Shown here piece by piece: positions 1 to 15,302 of a stretch of 64,000 bases of DNA. The notes under the pieces are model-generated. The model saw only the letters and a program-made list of their open reading frames with translations. It did no database searches and was not told where the DNA came from. The stretch is from the human T2T-CHM13v2.0 reference genome, Homo sapiens: the NCBI RefSeq assembly GCF_009914755.1, contig NC_060928.1; one strand, written 5' to 3'. Both the position numbers and the translations under genes were made by a program. Numbering within the stretch: the first letter of the stretch is position 1; every line of letters begins with the position of its first letter.

Positions 1-1280
1 CAGTGCCATCTAGGCAGGACCCTCCAAACCTGGATCTGGTCTCATAAATTCTAGTTTCAAGGAGACTACCTCAAGATGATCTATTTTCCCCATGGCACTG
101 ACATGCCGATTTTAGGTGACTCGGTCACATCAAAACACAGGAAAGGTTCAGGACTCCTGGCTACCAGTGGTCCACTGATGAGTTTTGAGCTTGAACCATG
201 TGAGGCTGGGCATTAGCTCTCTCACCCCTACATTCTGACCATGATGCTGCCTCCAGTCTGCAGCACCCAAGGGCAATTGGAGTGGTAGCAGGCATCCTTT
301 ATTTTTTGCACTCCCAGCCATTGGCACTCAGGCAGTCACTCCACCCCTTCACAGTTCTATGTGTCAGGCAGTCCTCCAGGGTTGACCTTGCCAATCCAGG
401 CTGAATTGTTTCAAGACTATGGGTCTGCAGCAACAACAGCCACTTCTTAATTATATCCCTCATGCTTCAATTGCTAAATCTTAAGCTGTACAATCCAAAC
501 ATGGACATTTCTTACATAAATGGGACTTCTGCACACAGCACTCTATCCACTCTATTGGCGGTTCTATGTAGAAGGTACGTTTCTGGTTAACATTGAAACG
601 TCTCACATTTTAATAATGTAGTGCTTACAACCTAAAGAGTTCAAGAGAGGTCATAATTGGAAGATATGTCATTCTGCATTTATGCTATTATATACCAAAC
701 AGTAAATTTAACAAGACGAGCAAATTATTATTCACATTTTCCTGCATACCCCGGTTAATACTTGCATTTGTGGGAAACTTCAACAGAATACAACAGCCAT
801 TGAGAGAGTCTTTGGAAGCTCATATTCACTGGCCGTTTGATGCAGTATCATGAGTGAAGATGTGAACAGATTTAAGTAAAAGTTAATGGAAAACTGCAAA
901 AACAAGAAGATTGTAAATGTTTTTATATAATTGGGTTCTAAAGAGCCATGGCATTATGAGTAATACCCTTGTTTTTCATAGTAGGAGATATGAAATTAGC
1001 CATTAACAATCCTTTGGAGAATATAGATCACAGAGGGTTGGTTCTTGGACTGAAATAGAAAAGACAATGTGTAGCATTAGAAGATCCTTCCCGTGCATTC
1101 ACTGAACATAAAATATCACCTCTTCTTCACTTCACTCCAAATTGTCATTGATAAATCCATATATTTCACGAGTCCTTATATTTTGTAAAGTATTTTAAAT
1201 TTAAAAATTTTCTATAAAGAGGGATCTTATGAAATATTATTTGCAGAATGCCTTGAAAACCCTGGAGTTAAATATGCTGG
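1..1280. mobile_element. Degenerate hAT-Tip100-class DNA transposon fragment (FordPrefect-like), running off the window start
   Basis: GC-richer 5' part followed by an AT-rich part, resembling the recalled FordPrefect/Tip100 consensus. No intact TIR or ORF seen. Family call is tentative. Confidence 0.3.
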
Positions 1281-1527
1281 GCACCTTTGAGAACTGCTCA
1301 TTTAGAATCTCTTCACTTATCATGCATCGTATTCAACTTTGAGTCCTTAGCCAATTTAGAAACAATAGGAATAATTCTATTTAATTCTATTCCACATTTA
1401 TCTATGGATACATTAGTAAACACACACACACAAACAGACACATACATTATTTCAACATTCATTACCTTAAATCTTGCAACTCAAATTAAGGAACAATAAG
1501 AAAAAAATGTATATACCATTTATAACT

Positions 1528-1954
1528 TGACATGGTTTGAATGTGTGTCCCCTCCAAATCTCATGTTGAAATAAAAGCCCCAGTTTTGTAGGTAAGGCAT
1601 AGTAGGAGGTGTTTGGATTATGGGGGCAGATCCCTTATGAACGTCTTAGTGCCATCCTTGTGATAATGAGTGAGCATTCACTCTGTGTTCATGTGGGATC
1701 TGGTTGTTTAAAAGAATGCGGAGAACATCTCCGCCTTCTCTCTTGCTCTCTCTCTTGCCATGTGACTTACCCGCTCCCATTTCGCCTTCTGCCATAATTA
1801 TAAGCTTCCTGAGGCCCTCACCAGAAGCTAAGCAGATGCTGGCACCACATTTCCTGTACAGCCTTCAAAAGTATGAGCCAATTAAATCTCTTTTCTTAAT
1901 AAATTACCCAGTTTCAGGCATTTCTTTATAGCAATGCAAAAATGGCCTAACACA
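1528..1954 (+). mobile_element. MSTB-type MaLR solo LTR
   Basis: Starts TGACATGGTTTGAATGTGTGTCCCCTCCAAATCTCATGTTGAAAT and ends GGCCTAACACA. Perfect 5-bp TSD TAACT at 1523-1527 and 1955-1959. Confidence 0.92.
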
Positions 1955-1964
1955 TAACTTAAAT

Positions 1965-2195
1965 AATATATATTAATATCTAATGTGTATTTACTACATT
2001 ATAAATTATCTTATTCTCTTATAAATATTAACACATTAATTCCCTACACCCTTCATGTGATGTAGTTATAATTTTTATCCAGACTTTGAAAATAAAAAAA
2101 TTAAGGAAAAAGGAAGTTAAATAACTGCTTATAATCACAAAACTTGTAAATGCAAGATGGAGTTTTAACTCAGAAAGCCAAATTCTCAACCACTT
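1965..2195 (-). mobile_element. MIR SINE remnant
   Basis: Core-like GGAAGTTAAATAACTGCTTATAATCACAAAACTTGTAAATG, the reverse of the MIR core; heavily diverged. Confidence 0.5.
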
Positions 2196-3329
2196 TTTTT
2201 ACTGCCTCTCATATGACTGATTTATTTTCTCTCTCTCTTGATTTTACATTCATGTGTAGTTTGTCCTGAATTTGTAAGTAATACATTCTTTAAAACAAAG
2301 TGTTTCACATGAAAATTTTGTTGTTAATGATGTTGAAATGAGAGATTGTGATTCTGGGACATTTTTAAAGCAGTGTATAATAAATTAATTCAGTAGAGAT
2401 TATATTCGCCCAAAAACTTTAGCAATACAGAATTTCCATACTGCAAATTTTGGATAGCTATTCAACATGTGAAATGACATCATGAGAAAGACACCTGAAA
2501 ACTCTGCATACACAATAACTGATTAGAGAATTACTGGTATTATGCATACATTTTTGTGAGCCAGCACAGCCATTATTTTTCTCTGAACTGCAGGACCAGA
2601 AGGGTCACAACTGACCACCCAGAAGTTTGATCAATTTAACAACTGCCTCTGAACTCTCCCTGGAGTCCGTGACTCCTCTATTTAGGGGAAAACCTCAATC
2701 TTAATTTTTAGTCTACAAAAAATGATCATTTTTATTTGATAGAACACTCGAAAGCAGTAAAAAAAATCACTATAGTCCACTGGTTTTTAAAGTGGGTTTT
2801 AGTTGTACTCTAAAACTAGAAAAAGTGTGTTGCTTATTAAAACCATATTTTCCAATTAAGTTCTTGCAAGGGTTCAGATTGCACACAGTACTATTATGCA
2901 GGGCTATTTAAGTAGGTGCTATAACTCTTAAGAAGGGGTGCGTGCTCAGTTCCAGACATGGGTTTCTATGACACTTTCACATTTTCATTTGATCATGTAG
3001 TAAATAATAACATAAAATCCCATACAATGGCCAAAACTAGAGTTATATAATCCTCTGAGTACTCTTAACTTGTAGAAGGGTGTGTTTTGATCATATTTAA
3101 AGAATGGATATATGTTTTTGTGTGTGTTTCTTATTAAAATATTTAGAATAAACTTGAGATGTTGTATACATTTTTGATGATGTATATAAGTAGTTAGTTG
3201 TGTCCCATAATTACATTTTGTATTTCAGACTATAATTTAAAATCATCTATTATTCTAAAGAGGAATTTTGAATTTGGAAACTCTAGATTTAGCCAAACCA
3301 AATAATTTATATTCTTATTTCCAAATCTC

Positions 3330-4470
3330 CACCCACACTACAACATATTCTAATATTCTCCCATTATCTCACTGAAACACCATCTATTAATGTAATCAAT
3401 GAACTCTACAAAAATAAATACAATAGGGCTATTTGGTTTTTAAAAAAATAATTTAACCTTTCAGTAACATAAACTAGTGTGATCACAATCCTCTAAACCC
3501 CTCTTAAATCTTTTGTTTCTTGGATTAGTTAACACAGTAATCTTTCAGCTTTCCTATTACCTTATGGTTTCTTTTCTTGTCCTTTTCTTTTCTATAAAGT
3601 CATATATTGACATACTTCAAGGGTCAACCCTGGGCCTTTAGGAATATCATTCTTACTCAAGGCTTTAACCGCCACCAGGAGACAGATAATCTACATCTAT
3701 TTATACCTTCCCACAAGCCTCTCATTGAATTCTTCAGTAAACTCACCATCAGTCTCCCATTCTTTTACCTAGTTTTCTTCCGATGTTTATCATTATTTAG
3801 TCCATTGCAAAAACAAAGAATAAAAATTATTCTTGACACCTTTCAAGATGCACTTCCCTAATCGAATCCATCAAAAGTCTTAATGTCCACTTAGACATTT
3901 CTTCTGTATTTCTACTGCATATTTCAGTCTCTGTTACAATCACATATTTCTTGCATTCTTTTACCTTGGGTTGACCTACCCACACATACTTACTATATTG
4001 CAAATATATTCTCTGCATTTCTGCCAGAACAATACTGTGGAAATGTAAATCTGATAATCCCCTTTGTGTGAAACTCTCCAATCAGTTATTTTTATTCTTC
4101 TGACAAGTACCAGTTCCTTGACATATCCTAATTGACCCTACCTACTCTGTTCTCTACCTGCTTTTTTAGCTTTTCTTCTACTTATTTTCTCTTTGTTTTC
4201 TCTTCACTTTTCATATCCTATTTTAGTCTTCAGGGCCATGAGGTTTTCATTCAACATAGATATACTGAAAATGCTTTGTCTTCTTTATCAGACTGCTTTT
4301 GCTGCAATTAATGGACAACTCTAGATCTACTGGCACATTCAATAGTAATTTATTGTATCCTACAAAAAGTCAAGGGACATTTAGAAAGCATAATATCATC
4401 AAAGCTCTAGGCTTTCATAGTCTCTCTCTTCTATCATACTCACCTACAATGCCTCCCCTTGGGTTATCAT
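3330..4470 (+). mobile_element. L2 LINE 3' region remnant (interrupted by the LTR at 4473)
   Basis: L2-like motifs such as CTGCCAGAACAATACTGTGGAAATGTAAATCTGATAATCCC...AAACTCTCCAAT; pyrimidine-rich strand bias typical of sense L2. Confidence 0.55.
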
Positions 4471-4472
4471 CT

Positions 4473-5242
4473 TGTCACAGGACAACAGGCTCTCCTTGCC
4501 CACCATACTCCCATAACCAATGAGAACAGCAGTGCTGCAGGAAAGAAAATATTTAATAAGCACAGGGTCAGCCAAACAAGAACAGGGAGAAATTTCTCAA
4601 ACCCATCTCCCCAAGAATTCAGAGGCTAGTGTTTTTTAAGGGTACTTTGGCAAGCAGAGGAGAGAGCTTAAATGATCGATTTTCTGGAGAAAAAAATCAC
4701 GGAAGTATCTAAAACTATCTTTGCACAGCTGAGTTAGTTCCTGGAAGGGGGTCTCAGGACAAGGTTTTGTCTCTTGGTCTGCCAAAATCCTAAATCTGAA
4801 AAATATCTCAAAGACCCAGTGCTTTAGGTTTCACAGTAGTGATGTTATCTATAAGAGTAGTTAGGGGAGCTATAAATCTTGTGACCCTGGATTACATTCT
4901 CTGGACAGTAGGCAACTTATAGTAAAACAAGATAAGCAATGGTAGGTCATTGTTTAACTATTCCTATTCTTTAGCAAAGTTCAAGCCCCTTCTATAATTC
5001 TAACCTCACCTTATGAATGCAGCTTCAATCTCTGAATAAGGAGGAGGGTCAGTTTTCCTTACCTCAAAATTTAACTACAAACTAAATTTTTCTCACAATT
5101 ATCTTGGCCTCCATGCTAGAATAAGCAAAAAAAAAAAAAAATTAAAATTTATCTCTGAGGTTAGAAGCAAGACAGGGTCAGTCATTTTAGATTCCTCTTT
5201 TAGATTCCTCTTCTTACTTATAATTCTACAAAGGTGGTTTCA
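4473..5242 (-). mobile_element. LTR8-family (ERV1) solo LTR
   Basis: Minus strand starts TGAAACCACCTTTGTAGAATTATAAG...TCTTGCTTCTAACCTC and ends CCTGTGACA. 4-bp TSD ATCT/GTCT with one mismatch. Confidence 0.8.
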
Positions 5243-5617
5243 GTCTCTTAAGATTTAATCATGGATATAGTATCTCAGAGCATCATGTGCTTCATATAAC
5301 ATTTAAAGATAGTAGCGTGTTTTTTTCCTTTGTGTCCATTTAAAGATGTAGAAATCCCTGAATATTTCACAGATAATTTACCCCATATATAACTGGCCAC
5401 AAAATGTTATATGCTTATGAGTGAAACAATAATACAAGTAATATGGAACACTCTGAGTCTTCTTGAATATTCTCAATTAAATAAAGCTCTCTCTCTCTCT
5501 CATAACGTCTCTGGAATCTATTTCTACATAATGCATTTCCAGCGGGGTGGGTCATTGTTCTTTGTACTGTCACATAATTCTTGAGAAATGATCACAATAT
5601 TGGGCTTACATATGTAT

Positions 5618-6449
5618 TGTAAACCAAAATGTATCTGAGGCTGCTTTCAATTAAGTTAAAGGCTTATTTTACCAAGATTAAGGACTGTGGCCCATGACAC
5701 AGCCTCAGAAGATCCTGAGAATATGTGCCCAAGGTGGTTGAGTTACAGCTTGGTTTTATACATTTTAGGAAGACAAAGTTACAGGTAAAAAGAAAAATAT
5801 ACACTGGAGTGGCCCCAAAGGGTAGGACATCTCAAAGCAAGTCATTGGTGGATTCAAATATTTCCTGATTGGCAATTGGTTGAAAGAGTTAAGCTTTGCC
5901 TAAAGAGTTTGAAATTAGCCTAAAAAATGCTTGAGCTAAGATAAGGGGGGTTGTGGAAGCCAAGGTTCTTGTCATGTAGATGAAGTCTCCAGGTAGCAAG
6001 GTTCACAGCAAATGATGGTAAATGTCACTTATCTAACCTTAAAAGGTGTCAGACTCTCTGGAAAATTCTACAGAATGTAAATTTCCCTCACAAGAAACAG
6101 CTTTGCAGGGCCATGTAAAAATATGTCAAGGAAATATATTTTGAGGTAAAATATTTTAATTTCTTCAGAGCCTGCTCTCTCTCATGTGATGCTATACCAG
6201 AGTCAGGTTGGAATTTGGTATTTTATTGCTACAAAGAGCCGGTTTTGTCAGTCTTATGATCTATATTTTAATGTTAATGCTGGTCAGTTGTACCTAAACT
6301 CTAAAAGGAGGAGGATATAAAGAGGCTTGTTCAACGCCCCCTTTATAAAAGGGCCTTAACTAGTTTTCATGTTTCTTTGGAATGCCCTTGGCCAAGAGGG
6401 GAGTCCATTCAATCAGTTAGGTGGCTTATGATTTTATTTTTGGTTTACA
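5618..6449 (-). mobile_element. MER4-family (ERV1) solo LTR
   Basis: Minus strand starts TGTAAACCAAAAATAAAATC...GAATGGACTCCCCCTCTTGGCCAAGGGCATTCCAAAG and ends TTTTGGTTTACA. 4-bp TSD GTAT/GTGT. Confidence 0.88.
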
Positions 6450-6574
6450 GTGTGAACCTAATAATATGCATGAAGTAAAATTATCAATGACTGATTAAAA
6501 AAAAGAACATAAATCTATTTATTTATATTTTTATTTAGAGATCTACATTTAAACTCATTTTTGGGTCATCAAAT

Positions 6575-8050
6575 TGAAGAGAAAGATTATTTCCAAAATG
6601 GCAGCATAAGGATATCTATGAATCCACTCCCCAGTGAAGCAAGCAAAACTTACAAAAACTGTAAAAGAACAACGATTTAAAATCTCTGGAAATTGTACCA
6701 ATGTTATACATTAAATTAAAAAAAAATTATTCAAAACAATCTACTAAAATCCCATAAGAACATCATAAGTTTGTGGCATTTGAACCACAATTTGTTCACA
6801 ATCCCATTTCTCCAACTCAATTTGATGAAAGCTATTTTTAGGGCAGGTGTGGCCAGAAGACACACTCTTGCTCTCCTCAGCTCTCAACCAAGGATCACCT
6901 CATCTCACTGGGCAGGTCAGCCTGCCAGCATTTCTCAGACCTTCCAACTGCAATTTGAAGAGACTAATTTCCTCTTAAACATGGCCAACCATTAAGGGAG
7001 TCCCTTTCCCAATCTGGCTCCTATTGATAAGTTTGAGTCTCTATTTATTTGTAAGGTATAGAGGTTACAGCCTATCTATGGTGGCTCTCTCTACCCTAGG
7101 CCCTACCCAGAGGCACAGCAGACCAAGAATAATGGGACCTAATTGCTTTTGCCCAAGCTCACTTGCTAGGGTCGAATTTCCACACTGGGAGAAATAAGCA
7201 GAGAAGACAAGAGGTTATCACCCCACTCAATGCCTAGAGTAGTAGATCAGAGATTTTTGTCTAGTGGGGAGAGGCGGTTGATAAGAAAGACAAAAAGCAA
7301 AAACAAAACACAAAACAAAACAAAACAAAAAAACACAGAGATTCCCCAAAGGAACTCATTTTAGTAGAAAAAGAGTATGAAAAATTTAAGCCTGAGAGTA
7401 CTCTCAAAAACAGTAGATCATCTTAATTAAGAACAGCAAACTAAATCAAATGGGCAATTGTTACAGCCTCTAGCCCAGGCACAGTGGCTCAGAGACTTTG
7501 CCCAGAGGGTAAGAAGGCCATAAGAACACTGAAACTCCTCCCTAAAGAACTTAATTTATTTAGAACAGTTGGGGAAGTTCAAACATAATCATGCTCTGGA
7601 AAACAATAGAGATTTTGATTATAAATCATTAAGAGGAAGATGGCAACACAGGAGATTAACAAGCTAACCTGTAGGCAGGCTAGTTGACCAAAGAGAACCA
7701 AGGGAAAACACAGCTAAGTAGAGGTCTGGTGTCAGAATATACCTCAAAGATTGGCCTCAAAAACTACCCCTGCAAAGGAGCCCAGGTTTAGTTGAATCAG
7801 ACTGGGGAGCACTTTATGTTTTAGGACATTGTCAAAAAAGAAATAGAGAAATCTATTAATTAGTGGAAGTAGGTGTAATTAGTGGAAGTTATTAGTGGAA
7901 GTGGGTGTAATACCAAATGGGACAGACAGCTTAACAGAGAAATCAGAGAGGGAAAGAGTAAAAGACATTCTTTCTAAAGCCATTGCCATCCCAGGGTGAA
8001 TGCACACATGTCCAAGTTTACACACTCTGAGGTGCAATACCAAATGATGT
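6575..8050 (+). mobile_element. Old L1M (L1MB/L1M4-type) 5' UTR region
   Basis: Starts with the TTCCAAAATGGC motif typical of L1M 5' ends; downstream sequence resembles L1M 5'-end consensus. Confidence 0.6.
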
Positions 8051-8052
8051 AC

Positions 8053-9735
<1,683 letters not shown>

Positions 9736-9753
9736 TCATTGTACCTATTTAAA

Positions 9754-10088
9754 TTTTCTTTTTTATTTATTTATTTATTTTTTTATTATACTTTAAGTTT
9801 TAGGGTACATGTGCACATTGTGCAGGTTAGTTACATATGTATACATGTGCCATGCTGGTGCGCTGCACCCACTAACTCGTCATCTAGCATTAGGTATATC
9901 TCCCAATGCTATCCCTCCCCCCTCCCCCCACCCCACCACAGTCCCCAGAGTGTGATATTCCCCTTCCTGTGTCCATGTGATCTCATTGTTCAATTCCCAC
10001 CTATGAGTGAGAATATGCGGTGTTTGGTTTTTTGTTCTTGCGATAGTTTACTGAGAATGATGATTTCCAATTTCATCCATGTCCTTAC
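9754..10088 (-). mobile_element. L1PA2 5'-truncated 3' end (about 330 bp)
   Basis: Very close to the young L1 3' UTR. Minus strand reads GATGAC-GAG-TTAGTGGG and AAAACTTAAAGTATAAT (GAG/A diagnostics, i.e. L1PA2). The T/TTTA tail is on the left. Confidence 0.93.
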
Positions 10089-10721
10089 TATTTTTAAAAC
10101 AGAAAATATTTGTCTGGAGCAATTTAGATTACTATTGTTGCATAGACAAATTTGAGACATTATTAACATAGCGGTGAAAATCAGACATTTAAGTCAGAAT
10201 GGTTGACATTTTAATTCTTACCTTATACCTTGGGGTTGTATAATCTGAGGAAATTGCAGCATTTCTCTGAGACTTGGACTTAAAGGGATTTAGTTCCCAC
10301 TTGAAAAATATTTTAGTTTTAAAAATTACTCTGGGAATCAAAAATGTACTATTTGTGAATGGTTTACTCTGATTCAACCCATGAGAGAAAACACCTACTG
10401 TATATATCAAGGAAAAACAAAGGTAATACATTTTACCAATTTGGTAATAGAAATACAATTATGAACTATAAACATTATTTAGAAATCAATATAGTCCACA
10501 AAACTGGAACTTAGTTTCATGAAATCTTGAGAATTATTATTTAAAATTTGTCAAGAATTTTAATTTATAGTAGTTGAGAGCCAGTTCACCTTACTTAAAG
10601 ACCTGTCCTGGAATACATTTTCTTGAGTGGTTTTATTTAAGTTGTAGACTCCTGCAAAGTATATACTTCCTCTATTCCCAATCCATACACCCCCTTTAAA
10701 AGACTTGGAGCTTAGACTTGT

Positions 10722-10870
10722 CTTCCTTTTTTTTTTTTTGGCTTTTCTTCTTTTTCCTTCCCTCCCTCCCCCTTTCTCTTCCTTCCTTCTTTCCTTCCTT
10801 TCTTCTTTCCATGCTTCCTTCCTTCTTTCTTTCCTTCCCTTCATTCTTTCTTTCTTACTTTCTTTTTTCT
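10722..10870. repeat. Polypyrimidine (TTCC/TTTC)n low-complexity tract
   Basis: Direct inspection; accounts for ORFs 10560-10925 and 10705-10905. Confidence 0.9.
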
Positions 10871-12309
10871 CCACATGCTCCATGCCATGGCTGAAATTAT
10901 GCTGATTCCTGCCCACACGTGTCAATTGATACCCATCTATTTACTTATAGGCCTGTGTGGAAAAAGATTGGGAAATGTGTATCTTCTTGTATGGAGGTCG
11001 AATAGAAAAAACCCAAACAAAACTATTAAAATGGCATTCACCTAAAAAGGGCATGCTGTGAAAGACTCTAATGGTCTGGCTTCTGTATCTTCAGACAGCA
11101 TAGCTGCCTAAGCACAAGAGTATGTGCTAATATTGAAACCCTCCTATCCTAGACACTCTAATGTTCTAAGCTAACCTAGGAAGTCACCAGATGAATTTTT
11201 GAATGAATTGAAAGAAATACAAACCAAAGAGTGCTACAACGGAGATCCCAGACCATGTCTGGCTTGGAGGACCATGGCTGAGCATGTTCTGTTTGGAGAA
11301 GTGCCCTCCTTTGCACGATGAATGGGAAATTTAAGAATTTCTACATTGAAAGAGCTTGATTATGGCTAGGAGATACAAATGGGTAGAAAATGTGACTGGA
11401 AATTTCATTTGCATAGCATTTTACATAGGAACAAAAAAAATTCTATCAATGGTTGGATGGAAGGACGGAGATGATGAAGGGGTTTGCTCTGATCTTCAGG
11501 ACTGCCATTGCCACACAAGACTTGACTTTTGTGGGAAATCTACTCCCTTTGTCTTCCTTTTGTGAAAGGTCAAAACTGTATAACGAATCTTCATATTAAC
11601 TGATGGTAATCTGGAGCATAAAACAGGTAGGGGTCAAAGGAAAGCAAATATCAGACTTTAAGATCATTTGAGTAGGTGAGACAGTATGTCATGATGGCTT
11701 TAAAAAAATAACTATTGTAAATAATGGCAAGTTTGAGGTGCTATTAAATTGCACTTGGCTAGGAAATCCAAAAAACAACCCCCCCGTCATCACTTACTAC
11801 TCCCCAGGAGGTTTCTAAGGCAACTACAGCAAATGGGGAACAGTAATCAGCTAACCCAATGTCTCTGGTGAAGTGTGTGGCCTAAGCTGAAGGTCTTAAT
11901 GGGACTTTTCCCACTCCAATAAGCACAAATTAAAATCTTACTATCAGCCACCTGCAAACAGAGAAGGAAGGGGTAGGCTGTAGCTGGTGCGTGACTACAG
12001 GAAAAGGTAGGACCAGATGTCTGGCACCATCCTTATGGGTTTGGGAACCACACCCTCTGCTGAACATTTTAGTGCACATTGACCCTACCCATTAGTAAAT
12101 ATAGACTCCCTCTTCTCAGGGAAGAGTAAGGAGGGTGGGAAAAGATGAAAGTGAAGGCTGCCTTGCTTCTAAAATAAAAAGGCAATCTTGTTTTTTAGTG
12201 CCAGATTTGGAGACAGCTGGGTCACATAAACAGATTATTTATTTGTATTTTTTAAATGCTTTTGTTGTTTTCCTTTATTTATGTTCACACTCGTTAATTT
12301 AAGAACCAG

Positions 12310-12512
12310 TAAGTGGTATGGTTAACAGCGTGTGCTTTAAGAGAAAGAGTCTCGGATTCAAATTCACTTTCATTTATTTGACTCCTGAGCCTGGCTATGA
12401 TCTAAAGCCCCAAAAGCCACAGTCCCTCATTAGTAAAACAATGCAAATTCATCAAATATTCTTATGTAAGGTACTTATCACAATGTTTGGCACAGAAGAA
12501 ATACTCAGTAAT
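12310..12512 (+). mobile_element. MIR SINE
   Basis: tRNA-like head GTGGTATGGTTAACAGCG...GGATTCAAATTC and tail TGTAAGGTACTTATCACAATGTTTGGCACAGAAG. Confidence 0.6.
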
Positions 12513-12714
12513 GCAGAGATAAACATGCAGAGGGAAACAGAATAAACTTATTCCCACTGAGAACTTACTTCTTACTGGTAAGACAGATACATGACCAGCT
12601 CTAATACAAGGTAAAAGGTGCCATGTGCTATATAAGACCTAGATATAGGTTTTATAGTTAAGAGCAAAGGAGAGTAATTAAGAACAAAATTTTAATTAAT
12701 TATCAATTAATTAA

Positions 12715-12836
12715 TTTTAACTTTTAAACTCAGGGATACAAGTGCAGGTTTTTTACATAGGTAAACTTGTGTCGTGGGTGTTTGCTGTATAGATTATTTC
12801 ATCACCCAGATATTAAGCCTGGTTATTAGTTATTTT
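12715..12836 (-). mobile_element. Short L1PA13-16-type 3' end
   Basis: CAGGGATACAAGTGCAGGTTTTTTACATAGGTAAACTTGTGTC...GATTATTTCATCACCCAG. Confidence 0.85.
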
Positions 12837-14784
12837 GAAGACTAATTGTTATATGGGAGTAGGTACAGGTAATATGAATGTACACATTTGGGTGAAGGGA
12901 TAGATGCATGGGCAAAAGTGGATGATGAGCTGGAAACATAATTGAGAACAAATTTGAACATTATATAAGGAGTTTGTATGCATGGATATAGTAAATCGCC
13001 ATCTGATGTAAGAATGCTCCCCAGATCTTATTTTTTATCATATCGAATAAAAAAATAACAATTCAATCTTTGCTTCAAACTGTTAGTAAAAACATGACCT
13101 CAGGAAAACCTGAAAATATAGTTTTATCTATCAGTGTGTGTGTAATAACACATGCTGTGCCTAGAAAGAGTGCTGTTGTAAGGAACAGATGACATTATGG
13201 CCCATAAAATATAATGTGTAATCCAGAAGAAATATTTTATTATAATATTTTGTTTTACATTAACAATAGGAAGGTATGCATGGTCCCATATTAATGCTAC
13301 ATTTTAAAGGAAAATTTGATTCAAGGTAGACAGGCATAGTTGAGAAAAACATAAGATTTTGTCAGTAACAATTCATGTGATGTTATTTTCATCTGTCATC
13401 CCTACTTTTATTATTGTTTCTATATTCCATGTTTACACATTCCAAAACCCACTCAGGGAAGAATGTATGTAAAATGATGAAGCCTAATCCCACCTGATTT
13501 ATATTCCAACTCTGAAAGTCAGGTAGGTCCAAAGAGATTACAGAAAAAACATCTGAACTTGTGAACCTGGTTCAAATGAATCAAATATTTTATGTTGTAA
13601 ACAAAAGACAGATGCTTATTTTATGACTAGGCCAGATGCTTACTGAATAATATTTTCACATTTGCTAAAATATTTAACAACCAAACACTAAATTCTTTCT
13701 CAAATGTAAAGATCAATAATATGCTTGATAATAACGACTTAATTTTTAAAAAGCCAATGTAAATAATGTAGATTTTTAGATGAAATGTAATCCTTCTTGT
13801 CTAAGTGATGCCTTTGTTCTGAAACAAAATGTGTATTACTAGCTTTCCCCATTTATATTTTATGCTTGTCTAAGAAAAGAAGTCATAAAGAAAACAATAA
13901 ACAGAATGTTTGAATGTGTCCAGCTCACAGTTGTTAACAGGCCAGATAGAAACAAGACAACCATCTAAATGTTCCAAGTTATTAATGAGATGGGGTTTTC
14001 TTTGACTGTTTGATTCCAGCAGTAATTTTCAGAGGGTAAGTTGAAAAAGTCTGTGGCATTTTTATGGCATATAGCCATTTATAGTATCTCCCCTTCCTGC
14101 TGGCTCAAGTATAGGACATTTATTTAACAAATATCAGACCACCTCTTTTCTGGCCCAATTCTCATTCAGTATAGAAGACAGGCACTACTGTAGGCAAGCA
14201 TTCATCTGGGAAATGTGTGGAAATAAGGCAAAAAGGGGAAGCATGATGGAAATTATATGTAATGATTTCCCTACTGTGTTTTTAGAAATTAAAGTTTGCA
14301 TTGTGTTAATCTGGAATCATTAGGGATAGAACATATGCTTTCCCTAGCATCATAGGACTTAATATGTTCATAGGGCTCCACTTCTCATCACTTATCTATG
14401 CAACTGCATATTACATGCAGGGAGATCTTTCCCACTTTAATTTCTGTGTATATACAAACAAATGTAATATTTATGAGACCAAATGGGATCTATTCTGTGT
14501 AATGTATGATTGTCAGTAGAGAGAAATTCTGTTTTTAAGACTAAGAAAAGCAGTTTATGGCAGTACTAAGGAGTATTCTAAAGATCAGCATTATTTAATT
14601 TGCATGCAGGCTTCTTTTAAATGAATCCCATTTCTATTGCTTATTATTTATTTCCCACCACATTTAGTTTCATATTTGCACTAGATTTGTAAGGATGCAA
14701 TTGTGAAAATACTACATAATTATCACAAGTGACAGCCAGAAGTACTGAAGTAGAATCTCTAAAACTGTGCATTTGAATGCCATT

Positions 14785-15075
14785 CTTTCATGCACCCATT
14801 TCTTCAAAGTAGAGTTTTTGTTTGTGTTATGTTTTGTACAATAGGCAGTAGATTCAGAGAGAAACAAAAATTATCCTTCCCTTCAAGAAACATATTGTCA
14901 CTTAGGGATAGGCAATTAAACACCTTATTAAGATCAAGCATATTCAGCGCTGGGGAACTGATATATACAGGATTATATAGGTAATCCTTTGACAGAGGGG
15001 GACTTGGAGAAGCTATCCAGAGGTCTCAGCTGAACTGAGGTTGTAAGAATGAGAAGCAGTTTCCCTGGGAATTGA
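14785..15075 (-). mobile_element. L2 3' remnant
   Basis: L2-like reverse motifs (TCCTTCCCTTCAAGAAACATATTGTC...TCAGCTGAACTGAGGTTGTAAGAATGAGAAG). Confidence 0.5.
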
Positions 15076-15109
15076 ATAAGATCCCTAATATCAAAGTTGT
15101 GACACCGCC

Positions 15110-15302
15110 TTCATGCTGTCAGTCCTGAGGCATCTTTTGGAGAGTTTCAAAAAACAAACCCAAACCAAAACAGAATCAATTAGTTCATGACACCCAACAC
15201 CAAGAGATTCTGATTGTTCTGGCTGGAGTGGACTCAGATAGGGGAAGTTCTTTCAGACTTCCCTAGGTAATTATAATTTGTACCTAGACTTCAAAACCAC
15301 GT
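15110..15302. mobile_element. MER5-type hAT-Charlie MITE
   Basis: CCAAGAGATTCTGATT...CTTCCCTAGGTAATTATAATTTGTACCTAGACTTCAAAACCAC resembles the MER5 half. Confidence 0.55.

Noticed and set aside
5618-6449. Perfect 12-bp terminal inverted repeat TGTAAACCAAAA/TTTTGGTTTACA suggesting a DNA transposon
   Set aside because: The interior is MER4 LTR sequence with a 4-bp TSD, and these inverted termini appear to be a feature of the family consensus.
10560-10925. Lys/Glu/Arg-rich 121-aa ORF
   Set aside because: Translation of a (GGAA)n/(GAAA)n low-complexity tract.
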